A stretch of DNA of 64,000 bases. Origin: Plasmodiophora brassicae. Taxonomy: Eukaryota. A program made the translations under genes and the position numbers. Below the pieces are notes generated by a model. The model was not told where the DNA came from and did no database searches. It saw only the letters and a list, made by a program, of their open reading frames with translations. Of this stretch, positions 1 through 14,717 are shown one piece after another. The stretch lies in contig CP145419.1 in the NCBI GenBank assembly GCA_036867785.1, forward strand, positions 434,001 to 498,000, read 5' to 3'. Within the stretch, counting starts at the first letter, position 1. Each line of letters opens with the position of its first letter.

Positions 1-3000
1 TATCCCTGGAACTGCTGTTGCGCTGAGCACGTAACGTGACAATAGGTGGCCTTGCTTCAATGGCTGAGAGGATACCTTCCATGATGAATGCTTTGAGGAT
101 GGTGTGGATCATCTCCCGACACTACAACAAGGACGAGCGAATGGTTCCGCTTATGTGCCTCATAGCACAGCAGATCGCAACGAACGTTGCGAACGAGATC
201 AACGTCAAGACAATCTTCAGGAAGAAGCCAAAGTCAGTTCCGATTTAGTCCACATGTCAGCTGCTGTTACCTTCTCACTCGCCGACCGTCCCTTCTATCC
301 AGAGTTGCGATGGCGACGATTGAAACCGCACGCGAAGTTCTCCTCACCTGGTTCTCATCGTATAAGGCGGCCCGTCTCAAGGTTAGACAGTATATGTTTG
401 CGAGTTCTGTGTTAATAACGTAATCGCGTACAGATCGAAAGTCTTGGTATGGAAAACCGTTGGGAGTTCGATCGCAAGAAGTTGTTTGATCAGACGAATT
501 ACATGGCGCGAATCTGCGAAAATCTGTATCAGATAGCGGAAACGCTTTCGCAGTTCAACCAGTTCCTTGGCAACGACCTCAAACGTATGACGAAGGACAC
601 AGTTGGCATTGAGGAAGTCATCCAGAAAGTGGACAACTTGGTCACTCCTCTTGAGAATCTCCCGTTCAACGTGTTCGATATGCGATACAATACGTCGTGG
701 GAGCAGGTCATGAAGAGCTTCAACGAGAAAGTGCTCGAAATCGAAATCCGAACGAAGAATTTCATCACAAATTCATTCCAGAAGCTGCGGTCTGCCGAAG
801 GTGCCTTTCAACTGCTCTGGAACTTCAACCGGATCAACACTCGAGAAGCGTTCCGCAATGAGATGGCCGACAAATTCAAACTTGTTCTGCGACAGTACCG
901 TGTTGAGGTGGAGCACATTCAGCAGCTGTTCCGGGATCACAAGGATACCCCTCCACTGCCGAAGAATCAGCCTCCCGTTGCGGGTTCCATTGCCTGGGCT
1001 ATGTCACTCTACCTTACGATGAAGAAGACGATTCTGAAGCTACAGAAACTGGAGAATCTGCTCACCAGTGAAGCTGGCAAGCCTGTAGCCGAGTTCTATG
1101 TCTCCGTTGCTCAAGAAATCTCGCAGTTTCAGATTGAATTGCAAGACCAATGGAAAGGGACCGTTAACGAGATCGTTACGCGCCGACTGAAACAGTCGAT
1201 CCTGGCAAGGCACCCACAGAACGGCGCCGTCATCGTTAACTTCTCCCCGGATCTCATACAAGTTATTCGGGAGGCCCGCTATATGGACAGGCTCGGCCTG
1301 GCTATCCCCAGGCTGGCGTTGGACGTGTCATTGCAATCACAGACGTTCCATTCGTCAGTGTCGTACCTGAACGGCATGCTTCAGGATTACTACCAAGTCC
1401 TCAGTCTCTTGAACCCCATCGAAACCGAACTACTCAAGGACAAGATCCAGGAGCTGAACAGCATCCTTGACGCGGGCTTCGATCCGCTAAACTGGAATTC
1501 GCTCGGCATTGCAGACTTCGTCCACTCCTGTAATCGCGGGATTACCGAATTTAACTCGATCGTGAACCGCGTTACGAAGAACCGCGCTTCCATTGAAGAC
1601 ATCATTAGCGAAATTGAGAACGCGCAGCTGTTCAATCCAGACAAGTTGCAGCAGCTGTTCAGAATTGAAGACTTCCGCGACCTCATCGAGAAGCAGCGCA
1701 GGACGACCACTGACGTCCTGATGCGGAAGTATGCCTCAATCCACACGATGATGCTGAAGATCGAGGAATCCGTCGCTCTCACCGACACGGGTCGCTGCGC
1801 CGCCATGAAGGATTATTATCGGTACTGGGAGATACAGCTGTTCAATGCCATATCGCAGCTTGTTATCAACGGCCTCAATACGTTCATGGCTCTACTGGGC
1901 GTTAAAGATCGAAGGAGGGCCCGATCCAGCCCGTCCCGTCTCTTGCTCTTGGTGACGGCCGAGATGAACCCACCCGATATCGTGTACAGACCAACGCTTC
2001 CCGACATCTACAAGTACCTGTCCACCATTCTTACCAACATCGTTCTGAGTTCCAAAGGTGCGACTCCTAAGGTTTATATTTCCTTGAAAAGCTAACCTAT
2101 GTATATCTTCAGCCTTCGTCCGCTGGATGGACATGTCGTGCGTGGAATGCTCCCCAATTCAGTTGAGGGATGGCGAAGAGAAACTGTACACGTTCTACGA
2201 CGATGTATCACAGAATCCAGCAGTGATCAAGGTCATGCTCTCCGTATCTCAAGCGATGCAGAAGGTGTTCAACAGCGTCGACGTGTTCGTTGACACATGG
2301 CGACGGTATGACAGCGAGTACGCTCTATGGAACCATAAGAAACTGGCGCATTTGGAGCGGATGCGTAACCGAAAGACGTCCATTGTAAACTGTCCCCGCT
2401 TGCCGATATGGAAGTGCTTGCCGCTAACGCGTTGGTCAGGTGTATTACGACACCAAGCTTCTGCGCTTTGCCTCGTTATCCAACAGGGTGTCGACAATGC
2501 CGACCTTCAAAGACATCGAGTTCATCCGAATTGACTGCCTGTCTATGGTCGTGTCTGTTAAGCAACAGGCCTCAGTCTGGTTGCACGCCTATGGCGATCT
2601 TCTGCGACACGGTAGGACCTTGTGAGCGGAGGCATACACAGCGGTTCCTAACGAAGTTCTAAGGTGCTGCGTTAATGCTCCACGATCTGCAATCGCGAAT
2701 GAATTCCTTGACGGCCGCTCTGGAAGCGCCCACTGACACGCTAGAGCAACTGCAGGGAGTTCTCGCTACAGTGATCGAGATTCGCACCATCTCCATGGAG
2801 ATGGAACTTGCATTTAACGACGTCGTTGAACGCTTCCGAGCGCTGCGTGTCTATGGACTGGAAGTCAATCCAGACGACGCCAAGGCGGTCGAAGGCATTC
2901 GTCAGCGGTGGCAGGATCTCCTGTTCGCATCTCGGTCAAGAGACCGTGCTCTGTTGCGCGTCAAGGAACGTTTTACTCAAGTTACTCAGAGCGACGTCTC

Positions 3001-6000
3001 CAGTTTCGCTGAGCAAACGGGCCAAATGCGAGCTCGTATCGCGAAACATGTAAGGGCATCTTGGTCACCATTGATAATCACGTCTTCTCAGATTTGTTGC
3101 ACAGGGTCCCGGATCTCCAGAGATCTCGCTGGACGATGGCCTTGAGGCACTGCGGTCATTTACTGCAGAATTGGAGGCCATGTACAGGACCAGCGATGCA
3201 TTGGGCAACGCAGAACGCCTGTTTGGATTGTCGGTGACGTCGTATCCCGAGTTGAGCGCGGCGCGTGACGCCTTACGTATGTGCGAGCCTATCTACGACG
3301 TGTTCGTTGACATGCAGAAGTGCATCAAGGAGTGGTCCCAGATGCTGTGGGTCGATCTGGACATGGAGGTGATTGACAAAGGCAGCGAGAAATGGCTTAC
3401 GCGCCTACAAGGGTTCGGTGAAGACATGCAGAAACTTCCCACATTCCGCAAAGTGCAGGAACGCATTGCCGGGTTCCGCGAGTCCATTCCTCTCATGTCG
3501 AACCTGAAGAACCCCGCTATCAGACAGAGGTAATGTGAAGTTCAATGTATTATAGGATGTCCCTGCGTGGTGACTGGTTTGCTGGCATAGGCACTGGGAC
3601 ACCCTGATGACGACCACTGGTGTGAAGTTTGACGTCAATCCGAAGACGTTCACCTTGGGCGTCATGTTCGAGATGAACCTTCACCGGTTCAAAGACGAGG
3701 TCGAAGAAATCACTATGTCGGCAACGCAAGAGGCTCGCATTGAAAAAGAGCTTGGCCGCATCGCGTCGATATGGTCTACCCGTTCATTCCCAATGTCGTC
3801 GTATCGATCCGACGACGGTAATGATGCTCTTCGGATCCTGCAAGATACCAGCGACGTTGTCGCCGACCTGGAAGACAGCGTCCTGAACCTGCAGACGATG
3901 TCCAACTCGCGGTTCATTGGCTGTTTCGCGGATGACGTCCGACGTTGGGAACGAGACCTTAACCACGTGATCGAGTGCATCGACGTGTGGATGCTCGTGC
4001 AGCGTAAATGGATGTATCTGGAAGGAATCTTCGTTGGCAGCGACGACATCCGAATGCAACTTCGTGATGCTGCCAAGGCGTTCGATCGCGTCGACACCGA
4101 TTTCAAGAAGATCATGGCCATGACGAGCAAAAACCCGAACGTCCTGGCAGCATGCAATGTTGACAGGCGTATCGATGACCTTCGGCGGCTGTCGACCGAG
4201 CTGGACCAGTGCCAGAAGAGCCTCAGTGACTACCTCGAGCGGAAGCGACTGGCGTTCCCGAGATTCTTCTTCATCTCCGATGACGAACTACTGTCGATCC
4301 TTGGCACTGCCGACCCCAACTGCGTCCAGGTCCACATGCTCAAACTGTTCGATAACGTCAAACAGTTGCGATTCGCTCGCGGCGACACTGTCGTTGTGGG
4401 AATGACATCCTCCGAAGGAGAGTCGTTCCAGTTCCGGTCGCAGGTGTCAACGTCGGGGGCCGTCGAGACTTGGATGACCGCAGTCGAGGAGGAGATGAAA
4501 CGGACCCTGCAGCAGATTTCCAAGGCAGCCGTCTTCAACTACCCAAAGATGAAGCGAGTTGACTGGATTCGTGACAACCTCGGGATGGTCGGCATCGTTG
4601 GCGGACAGATTTGGTGGACCTGGGAGGTGGAGGACGGCTTCAGGCAGGTCCGGCTTGGCAACAAGCACGCGATCAAGCACCTCGCTGCCAAACTCACTTT
4701 GCAGCTGTCCGATCTTGTCACCTGTGTTCGCGGCAGTGATCTCGACGGGCACATGCGCAAGAAGGTCAACACCATGATCATTATCGACGTTCACGCCCGC
4801 GACACCATCGACCGGTTCGTGCGAGACTCGATCCTAGACGCCCGCGAGTTCGACTGGGAATCCCAGCTGCGATTCTACTGGCGCAACGATGTCGACGACA
4901 TCCGCATCGCCCAGTGCACCGGCGAGTTCCGATACGGCTACGAGTTTATGGGCCTCAATGGGCGACTTGTCATAACGCCGCTTACCGACCGCTGCTACAT
5001 GACGCTGACGCAAGCACTAACGTTCCACATGGGTGGGTCACCAGCCGGCCCCGCCGGTACAGGCAAGACGGAAACCGTGAAGGACCTTGCAAAGGCCATG
5101 GCGCTGCTGTGCGTTGTTACGAACTGTGGCGACGGTCTCGATTATCGCGCCATGAGCTCGATCTTCTCGGGCCTGGTCCAGGCCGGCGCTTGGGGCTGCT
5201 TCGACGAATTCAACCGTATCGACCTGGAAGTGCTGTCGGTCGTTTCGACACAGTTGCGATGCATCCAGGCGGCGCTGCAGTCTGGAAAGGAACGGTTCGA
5301 GTTCAGCGGGCGCGAGATTCGTCTGCGACCTCAATGCGGGTTCTTCATCACGATGAACCCGGGTTATGCTGGCCGAACTGAACTTCCAGACAACCTCAAG
5401 GCCCTGTTCCGCCCCGTCACCATGGTTGTCCCCGACCTGTTGCAAATTTGTGAGATCATGCTGTTCAGTGAAGGGTTTTCGTCTGCGCGCGTCCTGGCTA
5501 AGAAAATGACGGTCCTGTACAAGCTGTCTCGCGAGCAGTTATCGAAGCAGTGCCACTACGATTTCGGGCTTCGTGCCCTGAAATCGGTCTTGGTCATGGC
5601 CGGTGCTCTGAAACGCGGTGCGCCAGAGTTCGACGAGAACCTGGTTCTCATGCGCGCGCTGCGTGATATGAACCTTCCCAAGTTCGTGTTCGATGATGTC
5701 CCATTGTTCCTCGGTCTGATCGGCGACCTTTTCCCTGGCATGGACTGCCCCCGCATCGGGCACCAGAAGCTGACGACTGCCGTTCACGATGATCTGGCGT
5801 CCCACGGCTATAAGCACAGCAACGAGGAACTGTTCCACCTGCAAGTGGACAAGGCCATTCAGTTGTACGAGACGATGCTGACGCGACACACCTGCATGGT
5901 CGTCGGTCCGACCAGGTAGGAGGCAACATTATTCAAATACGTGTACGTATGATCTCAGACCTGGACAATCAGGGGAGGGAAAACCGTTGTGATCGAGACG

Positions 6001-9000
6001 CTTGCGCGAGCTCAGGGGATCGCGTTCGGCATAACAACCAAGGTGCAGACGCTGAACCCCAAAGCGCAATCAGTCGCCGAGTTGTACGGTGTACTGGACC
6101 CGATGACGCGAGACTGGACGGACGGCATCCTATCTAAACTCTTCCGGGACATGAACGAACCGCTGAAAGGCGACGCTCGCGAGCAACGCTGGCTTGTGTT
6201 CGACGGTGATGTCGATGCGCTCTGGGTGGAGAACATGAACTCCGTCATGGACGACAACAAATTGCTAACGCTGCCAAACGGCGAACGTATCCGGCTGCAA
6301 GATCACGTTAAACTGCTCGTCGAGGTCGCTGATTTGCAACACGCTTCGCCTGCCACTGTCAGCCGTTGTGGTATGGTGTATGTCGACCCCAAAAACCTTG
6401 GGCATCAGCCGTTCCTAGGTATGGATCTCGCAAATCAAGGTTCCTGAATAACGTCGCTTCTAACCGACTTGCAGAGCGATGGCTGAATACGCGATCGGCA
6501 TCCAACGCGAAAGAAGTCGCTATTCTGAAGCCGCTGACCGCCAAATACGTCGATGCGTGTGTCCAATTCGCTTTGACAGGGATGACGACGTCAAACGTCA
6601 TCAGCGAAGGGGGCGCCTTGCGTCAGGTGATTCCACTGTGCGGGCTGAACCTAGTCGACCAAATGTGCACGCTGTACACCGCCGTCGCCGGCGCCGAACA
6701 ACTTGGTGACGACGAGGCCGTTATCGAATGTCTGCTCATTTTCACCATTGTCTGGTCGATTGGGAGCGCTGTTCTGGAGGGATCCCGTCATCGGCTCGAC
6801 CAGTTCATCAAGGGGCTGTCTGGACGGCAGTGTGCTGCCAACACGCCCAACAAGAGTCAGTTGCCGCAATCGTCACTCTACGACTGGTACTTTGATTTCA
6901 AAGCGAAACGATGGGTCACCTGGGCCGATGACGTCGACGACTACAAAGCGCCAGTACCCTTCCAGTTCTCTAAGATCCTGGTGCCCACGGTCGACACGGT
7001 CTGCTACACGTACATGCTGCGACGGTACTCTGAGGCGCAGCGCCCACTTCTGCTGTGCGGTTCTAGCGGTACTGCCAAGACTGTTGTCATCCAGAGGTAC
7101 ATGGACAATCTCGACCAGGACCGTTACTCCACCCTGAACATCAACTTTTCATCGCGGACCTCATCACTCGACGTGCAGCGCATCATCGAGGACAACGTCG
7201 ACAAGCGCACCGGGCACATCTATGGTCCACCGAGTGGCAAGAAACTGTTGGTCTTCTTCGACGATGTCAACATGCCCGTCGTAGACAAGTACGGCACGCA
7301 GCAGCCGATCGCCTTGCTCAAATTCCTGCTGGAACGCGGCGCCATGTACGACCGCGGCGGGGACCTGGCACTCCAGTCCATTCGCGATCTTCTCTATGTT
7401 GCAGCTATGGCGCCCCCTGGAGGTGGGAGGAACCCAGTTGATCCGCGATTCATTTCGCTATTCGCTGTTGTCAACGTCGCGTTCCCGTCGTCCGCCTCCC
7501 TCCACCACATCTATTCGTCGATCCTAATGGCACATGTCGCCGACTTCCCCGAGTCTGTCAAGGAGACCGCTTCGGCCATCACGAACGGAACGATGACGAT
7601 GTATGCGATGCTCGTGGAACGTTTGCCTCCGACACCGTCCAAGTTCCACTATATCTTCAATCTCAGGGACCTGTCCCGAGTCTTCCAGGGCCTTTGCCTG
7701 GCCCTTCCCGATACGGTCCGCGATGGGTACCAGCTCGTCCGCCTCTGGCGTAACGAGGCGCTGCGCGTGTTCCATGACCGACTGATATCCGACGAGGACA
7801 GGAAGTTGGTGCAAGAAGAGATCATCGGCAAGGTCGTCAAGGACACCTGGCCGGCGACGTTGAAGACCGTCATGCAGGACCCGATCCTGTTCGGCGACTT
7901 CCGCATGGTGAACAGCCCAACGGAATCTGCCCTCCGTATCTACGAGGACCTGGGCACGTATGAGTCCATTCGGACAATCTTCGATGGCGTCCTGCAGCGG
8001 TACAACGATGCCGCCCCAGGCAACAGCATGAACCTGGTCCTGTTCCAGGACGCGCTGGAGCATCTGACACGCATTCATCGCATCGTGCGAATGTCTCGTG
8101 GCAACGCACTCTTGGTCGGCGTCGGCGGCAGTGGAAAGCAATCACTAACACGTCTGGCAGCCTTCTGTGCCCAGATGTCGCTGTTCGAGATCCAGCTGTC
8201 CCGGGGATATGGCGAATACGAATTCCGCGAGGACCTGAAACGTCTGTACGGGATGCTTTCTAAGCAGCCGGTCGTGTTCCTGTTCACCGACGCGCACGTT
8301 GTCGACGAATCGTTCCTGGAGCTCATCAACAATATGTTGACGACGGGCATGGTCCCTGCGCTGTTCACCGACGAAGAGAAAGCGCCGCTGATCGAGTCGG
8401 TCCGCAAGGAGGTCGACAACGCCACCGCGGATGCCTGCTGGTCCTACCTCATCAACAAGTGTCGTGACAACCTGCACATCGTCCTTGCAATGTCACCCGG
8501 TGGTGACACGCTGCGTCGCCGCTGTCGGAACTTCCCCGGTCTCGTCAGGTATGCCAGGTTGCCGTTCCTTATGGTAACGCGTGGCTCATGCCCTTATAGC
8601 AATTCTGTGATCGACTGGTTCTTCGCATGGCCGGCCGATGCACTTCTCGCAGTGGCGAATCACTTCCTGGCGAACGAGGACCTCAGCACGGAGCACCGCG
8701 ACGCTGTCGTTCAGCACATGGTTCGCGTGCACCTGTCGGTCGTAACGTACAGCGCTCGGTTCCTGCAGGAGTTACGTCGGTACAACACGGTGACGCCCAA
8801 GAACTACCTGGACTACATTGGCAATTATCGTGCACAGCTACAGCAGTGCAGGCAGGAGAACGACAAGAAGGCGAAGCGGCTGGTTGGCGGTCTGCAGAAG
8901 CTGATCGAGGCCGCCGAGGCCGTCGACGCCATGCAGGAAGAGCTCCGCGAGAAGAAAGTCGTGGTTGATGCGGCCGCCGCCGAATGCGCCAAGATGATCC

Positions 9001-12000
9001 TGCAGATCCAGGAGCGCAGCGCTGAAGTCGAGGCGAAGAGGAAGTTCGCGAACGAGAAGAACGCCGAGCTGGAGGTCGAGGGCGAGCGCATCAAAGCCGA
9101 GAAGAAGATGGCCGAAGACGCGTTGGATGAGGCGCTGCCCGCGCTGGAAGCCGCTGCCGAAGCATTGAAGAACCTGAAGAAGGACGACATCACGAATGTG
9201 AAGTCGTACGCGAACCCGCCTGGCCCCGTCAAGGACGTTTGCCAATGTGTCCTGGAGTTGAAACCGTCCGGCAAGGAGGACCCTGCATCAGGGTGGGCAG
9301 GCGCCAAGTCGATGATGTCCGATCCCGCCTTCCTGTCGAAGCTGCAGAACTACCCGAGGGACGACATTACTGAGAAGCAGGTTGCTCGCGTCAAGAAGAT
9401 CCTGACGAAGAAGACGGACGCCAAGTCGGCAGTAACCGTCGAAAACCTAGAGCGCATCTCTGTTGCCGGCAAGGGCCTGCTCGTCTGGGTGCTCGCCATT
9501 ATCGATTACAACCGCGTCGCCAAGAACGTCGAGCCGCGTCGGAAGAAGGTCAAGGCGATGGAGAAGGAGATGGCGCAATCGCAGGCCGATCTACGTCAGA
9601 TTCGGCATGAGCTCGGCCTTCTCGAGGAGGAAATTGGCCGGCTCTCGCGAACGTATAGCGAGAAGAGCGAAGAAGCTACACAACTGACAGCTGAGGCCGA
9701 CAAGATGGCACAGTACTTGGCGGCCGCTTCCCAGCTTATCCAGGGTCTCGGCAGTGAACGCACCCGATGGTCCAAGGACAAGGAAGAACTCGTCGAGAAG
9801 AAGACGCGATTCGCTGGCGACTGTCTTCTGGCGGCTGCGTTCCTGTCCTACACGGGCGCCTTCACGTTTTCGTACCGAAACGAGATGATCTACAAGGACT
9901 GGCAGGAGGATTTGCGATCGCGGAAGGTCCCGCTGACAGACCCGTTCCGGCTGGAGTCACTGCTGACCACTCCTGTCCAAGTGTCGGCGTGGCTCAGCGA
10001 AGGACTGCCCGGCGATGAACTGTCGATCCAGAACGGCATACTGACGACGCAGGCGTCACGCTTCCCATTGTGTATCGATCCGCAGATGCAGGCGCTGAAG
10101 TGGATCAAGGAGAAGGAGACGCGCACGAAGAAGTTGACCGTGCAGACGTTCAACGATAGCGACTTCATCAAGTACCTCGAACTCTGCATCCAGTTCGGAA
10201 ACCCGTTCCTTTTCGAGGGCGTTGACGAGGACGTCGACCCGATCGTCAACCCGATCCTGGAGAAGAATCTGATCACGTCCGGGACCGGGTCGGCGGCCCG
10301 CAAGCAACTGCGTCTGGGCGACAAGCTCATCGACTGGGATGACGGGTTCCGTCTGTACATGGTCACCAAGCTCAGCAACCCGCACTACTCTGCCGAGCTG
10401 GCCGGTCGCGTCATGATCATCAACTACTCGGTCACGATGCAAGGGCTGGAAGACCAGCTCCTGAACGTTGTCGTCGGGTTCGAGCGCCCTGACCTGCAAC
10501 AGCAACGGGAGGAGCTCATCCAGACCATGTCGAAGAACAATATCAAGCTGGCGGAGCTCGAAGCCGTTCTGCTGCGCGAGCTTACTGAAGCGACCGGGAA
10601 CATCCTTGAGAATGCCGTCCTGATTGCCACGCTTGAGAACGCCAAGACCAAGTCGGTGTCGATCGCCGAGCAGCTGGAAGAGAGCAAGATCACGGCGCAC
10701 GAACTCGAGAAGGTGACCATGGGCTATCGGGCCGCCGCCAAGCGTGGCGCCATCCTGTTCTTCGCCATGGCCGGCCTGTCCAACGTCAGCAAGATGTACG
10801 AGTACTCGCTGTCGTCCTACCTGCAGCTGTTCGTTCGGGCGTTGTCGTCGTCGGATCGGGACCCGATGATCGCGTACCGCCTGCGAAACATCATCATTCG
10901 CCTAACGCGCATGGTCTACGACTACGTCTGCACTGGCATTTTCGAACGGCACAAGCTCATGTTCTCGTTCCAAATGACGACCATGATCATGGAAGGCGAG
11001 GAAGAAGGCAAGCTGGACAGGGACGAGGTCGACTTCTTCCTGAAGGGCAACCTGGCTCTGGAGGCGGACCTGTCCACGAAACCGGCCGAGTGGATATCGG
11101 CGCAGACCTGGCGCGACGTCCTGCGCCTCTCTGAACTGTCGGACCAGTTCGCTGGCCTACCCGTGCACATCGCCGACCATCTCGGCGAATGGTACGCATG
11201 GCAGGCCGGCGAAAGGCCCGAAGACGACCCGCTGCCGGCCGGGTTCGCCGGCGGAGCGCTGACCAAGATGCAGACCATGCTGGTCCTTCGTTCGTTCCGT
11301 CCCGATCGCGTCTACAGCGATGTGCGCCGGTTCGTGGTGCAGACCATGGGCGACCCGTACTTCGTGCAGCCGCCCGTGCTCGAGTTCGGTCGCATCTACG
11401 CGCAGTCGTCGTCGAAATCGCCAGTCGTCTTCATCCTGTCGCCCGGCGCCGACCCCATGATCGAACTCGACAAGCTCGCCGAGCTCCATGGCGTCAAGCA
11501 GGCGAACCGCTTCAGGCACCTCGGTACGTGGGAACGTGCCGGTTCAGTTTGTCAGGGGGTGGTGTCTCATCGATGCCTTAGCACTTGGTCAGGGTCAGGG
11601 CGAGATCGCGTTGAACCTGCTGAAGTCAGGGTCGTCGCGTGGGTTCTGGGTGGTCCTCCAGAACTGCCACCTGATGCCCTCCTGGCTGAAGACGCTAGAG
11701 AAGACTCTGGAGACCATGTCGGTCACGGCGGTTCACAACGATTTCCGCCTATGGCTGACAACGGACCCGACGCCTCGGTTCCCGCTGGGCATTCTGCAGC
11801 GGTCGCTCAAGGTCGTCACCGAACCGCCCGACGGCCTACGCCAGAACATCAAGAGTTCCTACTCGCGTATCACTGACGACATGCTGCGCGAATGCCCTCA
11901 CGCTGCGTTCCCATCGCTTGTCTACGTCCTCAGCTTCTTCCACGCCGTCGTCCAGGAGCGCAGGAAGTACGGCAAGATTGGCTGGAACGTGTCGTACGAC

Positions 12001-13320
12001 TTCAACGAGTCCGACTTCAATGTGTCGCTGCGCCTCCTGTCCATGTACCTGACGAAGGCGTTCGTCAACGGCGACGAGATGATCCCATGGGGGTCACTGC
12101 GTTACCTGATCGGCGAGGCCATGTACGGCGGGCGGGTCACCGACTCGTACGACCGTCGCGTGTTGATCACCTACCTGGACGAGTACATGGGCGACTTCCT
12201 GTTCGACGACTCGCAACCGTTCTTCTTCTCACGCAGCGGGTTCGACTACGTGATCCCGAACGTGGCGAACCAGACGGACGTGAAGTCGTACGACGCGTGG
12301 ATCCAGGCGATCCCGCTGGAGTACTCGCCCGAGGTGTTCGGCCTGCACAGCAACGCCGAGATCGGCTACTACACGAACGCGACCAAGGCAATGTGGCGCG
12401 ACCTGATCGACATGCAGCCGAGAGCGGTGACAGCGGGCGGAGGCGTGTCCCGCGAGGAGATGATCGCATCGGTGGCCGCCGACATCGAGCACAAGATTCC
12501 GGCCCCGTTCGACCTAGCCGTTGTCAGGAAGTCGCTGGAAGACGGCGCCGCCGCTCGCGCGAATCGCAGCGATGAACCGATTGCCCCGACCGCCATCGTC
12601 CTGCTGCAGGAGCTGGAACGGTGGAACCTGCTGGTCGTCAAGATGTCGACGTCGCTGGCGGAACTCCAGAAAGCGCTCCAGGGCGAGATCGGTATGTCCA
12701 CCGAGCTCGAAGCTATCGGCACGTCGCTGTTCAACGGGTACCTGCCGGAAGCGTGGCGCGCACTGGCGCCACAGACGAAGAAGATGCTGGGCAGCTGGAT
12801 CGAGCATTTCCAGCGGCGGTACGAGCAGTACCATCAATGGATCCTGACGGGGGACGACCCCGTGGTCATGTGGCTCAGCGGCCTGCACATTCCCGAGTCG
12901 TACCTGACGGCCCTGGTGCAAACCACGTGCCGGCGACGCAAGTGGCCCCTGGACAAGTCGACGCTGTACACAAAGGTGACCAGCATAACGGACGCCAGCC
13001 AAGTCACCGAACGCCCTGCCGACGGGTGCTACATCGACGGGCTGTACCTGGAGGGTGCCGGATGGGACCTGACGAAATCCTGCCTAACGCGCCCGAACCC
13101 GAAAGAGCTGATCGTGCGCCTCCCCATCCTGCAGGTCATCCCCGTCGAGCTGACCAAGCTGAAACTGGCGAACACGTTCCGGACGCCCGTCTATGTCACC
13201 CAGGACAGGCGGTCGGGCATGGGCGAAGGATGCGTCTTCGAAGCCGACCTGACGGCCAACGAGCACGCTAGTCACTGGGTCCTCCAAGGCACCGCCCTCG
13301 TTCTCAACACCGATGCATAA
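1..13320 (+). CDS. DNAH10: Axonemal dynein heavy chain, inner-arm I1/f alpha type (DNAH10-like); multi-exon, 5' part outside the window
   Basis: ORFs 449-2095, 3607-5919, 6366-11876 and 11488-13320 join through short GT-AG introns (e.g. 233-302, 382-433, 3050-3104, 8549-8599). P-loops GPAGTGKT (AAA1), GSSGTAKT (AAA3) and GVGGSGKQ (AAA4); motifs CFDEFNR and LCIDPQ; coiled-coil stalk. The C-terminus [15 protein letters not shown] resembles the DNAH10 ending. Confidence 0.93.
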
Positions 13321-13525
13321 TACACAACCCAGATTGATCTTCACTAGCGAACACGTGGCAGGGCCCGACATTGCCAATGCAATCCCGCCCTGAGCTCAGC
13401 GACAGCAGCCCTGTCCAGTGCGGCAGCGGCCGGCTAGCGTCTCAGTGCGCACCGACGTCGAGTACAATGTACTACGGAAGTATCACAAAGTTCAGCCGTG
13501 GTGACAGCACATGCGAAACAGCGTT

Positions 13526-14533
13526 TCACGGTTCATAGCAGCCGTCTGTAGGTTCCCACAAGCACTGGTTTCTTCCAGCACGTTGACATCCAGGGCATGT
13601 TTGGCGCTCCTGAGAGTGGGTGATTCGTGAGCTGTTCTTGTCCATGAACATCCAACAGCGGAACACGTCCACAACATCTGCAGCCTGATTGTGCAACGTT
13701 TCTGAGGAAACCGTGGTCGGCAAGGCATCATACACAACAGATTGTGCGAATGGAACATAATCTGTCAGATATCTGCGCGAAAGCAACCACGAGCAATGAC
13801 ATTTCGCGCACTGCTGTTTCGTCAGCAACATTCGCGTTGACGCTGTTTGGGGTTCCGCCTTTAAGACAACGGTGCTCAACAGAAATGGTTCCATACCATC
13901 GGCCAACGCTGAATACTCTGCAAGGTCCTCGCTACAGGTCCCTGCGACACTATGGGTACAGTCGGCGTCTTTGTTGGCGAACCGTTTCACGTAATTATGC
14001 CAAGGAACAGCGTTTGCAACGGTTAAGAGATTATCCCTCAGAGCGTCAGCTTGCAGCAACGTGTGCTCTGCTGAGTCAACTGTTCCTTTCACCAGAATAC
14101 CGAATTCATCACGTAGCCTTTCCTTGATTCGTTGATATTTCTGGCGCATGTCCAGGGCATCAAACGCGTTGGACGAAGCAATCGCATTGAGGCATCGTCG
14201 ACCGTAATTGCTGACAGCCACGTACTTCTTCACGATGAACTCGTCTTCTTGCAACGCTGCTGCGCTCACCACTGTTACATGGATGGGGCGAAATTTAGCG
14301 TTCTCTCTTCTTAGCCTCGATGTTAAGAAGGCACATGATTCTACCAGAATACTCTCAAGCAACCGCGCTGCGGTTACAGCGTCATCGACGCTGTCCCTGA
14401 ACGTGCTTGTGCAGTAATGATTTACAGGCCCGCCCCACATCGCTTGTAGGGCTTGGTTGAAAACTGGAGGCGGCAGGTACGAGAAAACAGGAATTGCTAA
14501 ACTTAGAGCGATTATCGGGCGGTACAGCGACAT
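13526..14533 (-). CDS. Putative secreted protein (signal peptide) with a degenerate C-terminal Cys-rich/RING-like region; effector candidate
   Basis: Uninterrupted ORF; ATG at 14533 gives MSLYRPIIALSLAIPVFS (hydrophobic leader). The C-terminal region has CAKC...H...FRCW...CPGC. Confidence 0.6.
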   Translation of the reverse strand: MSLYRPIIALSLAIPVFSYLPPPVFNQALQAMWGGPVNHYCTSTFRDSVDDAVTAARLLESILVESCAFLTSRLRRENAKFRPIHVTVVSAAALQEDEFIVKKYVAVSNYGRRCLNAIASSNAFDALDMRQKYQRIKERLRDEFGILVKGTVDSAEHTLLQADALRDNLLTVANAVPWHNYVKRFANKDADCTHSVAGTCSEDLAEYSALADGMEPFLLSTVVLKAEPQTASTRMLLTKQQCAKCHCSWLLSRRYLTDYVPFAQSVVYDALPTTVSSETLHNQAADVVDVFRCWMFMDKNSSRITHSQERQTCPGCQRAGRNQCLWEPTDGCYEP

Positions 14534-14717
14534 CGTGTTCTTGGGTACTAACAACGACACACCGTCCCAGCGGTGTTGTGTGCAGCGGGCGATTTTGAAG
14601 GTTTGGCACGCTGGCTGGACGACCTTCGCACACTCGGGTCACGCGGAACACAAAAGTGCGCCCTGGTGCCCAAATTAGGTGAGCGCTGGTCGTCGTCGCC
14701 GAGTGTGCAGCTTTGAA

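Noticed and set aside
3030-3110. Apparent non-canonical splice or frameshift in the dynein gene
   Set aside because: A canonical phase-0 intron at 3050-3104 (GTAAGG...CACAG) joins ...IAKH to GPG... and resolves it.
1-13320. Fragmented dynein ORFs (and similarly pyruvate carboxylase, ABCA and Sen1) as possible pseudogenes
   Set aside because: The breaks I checked coincide with short GT-AG introns that restore the frame.
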